Source: an uncultured delta proteobacterium
Lineage (GTDB): Bacteria > Desulfobacterota > WTBG01 > CAIYCZ01 > CAIRTM01
Direction: 5' to 3'
Assembly (NCBI GenBank): GCA_963804955.1
Contig: CAWDSQ010000001.1
Span: 103,178-167,177, forward strand
DNA length: 64,000 nt
Shown here: positions 63,346 to 64,000 of the stretch, piece by piece
Numbering within the stretch: position 1 is the first letter of the stretch
Layout of the letters: each line of letters begins with the position of its first letter
Program-made: the position numbers and the translations under genes
Notes under the pieces: generated by a model
Told to the model about the DNA's origin: nothing
The model's database searches: none
Seen by the model: only the letters and a program-made list of their open reading frames with translations

Positions 63346-64000
63346 ATGAAGCTGTGGCGCAATTTATCCATAATATGGAAGCTCAATGTTCTGATCGTGA
63401 CGATCAGCGCCGCGGTTCTTTTGCTTGCAACCATAATTTTTGTTGTTCAAAACAGAAATGAGTTTGAAGATGCGATGGTTTTGGAAATGGAGGCCCTTGC
63501 AGAGGTTATAGGGTTCAGCACTGCGCCGGCGCTGCTTTTTGATGATCGTGCGGCGGCAGCCCAGAGCCTGGCGGCCCTGGAGGCAAAGAAGCATGTTGTC
63601 GCGGCCTGTATCTATGACCGGAGCGGAGCCCTGTTTTGCGCCTTTACCCCGAAGAGCAAGCGGCAGGATATTCCGGTAAGCCCCTCCCCCGATGACGAGC
63701 ATTATTTTGATGCCGGGCATCTGCATCTTTTCCGGAAAATAAAAATCAACAACGATGCGGTCGGCACCATTTATATACGCCACGATCTTCAACTGCTCCG
63801 CCAGAAGCGAGTTCAATATCTGATCATTGCCGTCACTGTTTTCATCGTGTGCCTTTTCATTATTGCTGCGCTGTCATTTCTGTTTGCAGAACATTATTTC
63901 AAAGCCCATTGTTTCACTTATACAGGCAGTGAAAAAAATCAGCAGTGAAAAAGATTATTCAGTCAGGGTTGAAAAAAAACACGGCGATGAAGTCGGCATG
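63346..64000 (+). CDS. CHASE8-HAMP membrane sensor (YfiN-like N-terminus); frameshift near 63885, truncated at the window end
   Basis: TM; APALLFDDRAAAAQSLAAL; second TM; HAMP ISKPI...DYSVRVEK...DEVG in another frame. Confidence 0.8.

Overview
Bacterial chromosomal window, most consistent with an anaerobic deltaproteobacterium (Desulfobacterota-like; inferred from gene content and repeat style). At least 18 otherwise well-conserved genes are broken by single-base indels, so this is probably an unpolished long-read assembly rather than true mass pseudogenisation. About 1-14.6 kb is mostly housekeeping and signalling: tandem REC protein, nth, SPOR protein, Xaa-Pro peptidase, orphan fliA, V4R plus diguanylate cyclase, rubrerythrin-like, arfB, XRE-cupin, leuCD, Hsp20. 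About 15-60 kb is a large accessory envelope island: three near-identical DUF3313 lipoproteins, two alpha/beta-hydrolase lipoproteins, gnd-pgl, a K+ channel, a NarL-type two-component set, an RND efflux system, DUF2092, two Gly/Arg/Asp/Tyr-rich exported paralogs, an MlaEFD-PqiC transporter, DUF4105 and an AsmA-like protein. A TonB receptor-YfiR-sensor module ends the window. The standout is at 29.9-33.6 kb. A membrane heptaheme NapC/NirT-like cytochrome is followed by what the ORF track splits into four ORFs but which reads as one ~728-aa exported protein. It has an in-frame UGA followed by a bacterial SECIS-like hairpin (predicted selenocysteine), 10 CxxCH plus 1 CxxCK heme motifs, and two C-terminal rhodanese domains: a candidate quinol-driven polysulfide/sulfur/selenium reductase. 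Also notable are a four-helix-bundle gene flanked by inverted heptamer arrays inside the mla operon, a dacB gene carrying a captured Fe-S-domain N-terminus, and several palindromic MITE/REP-like elements. No tRNA, rRNA or CRISPR array was seen.
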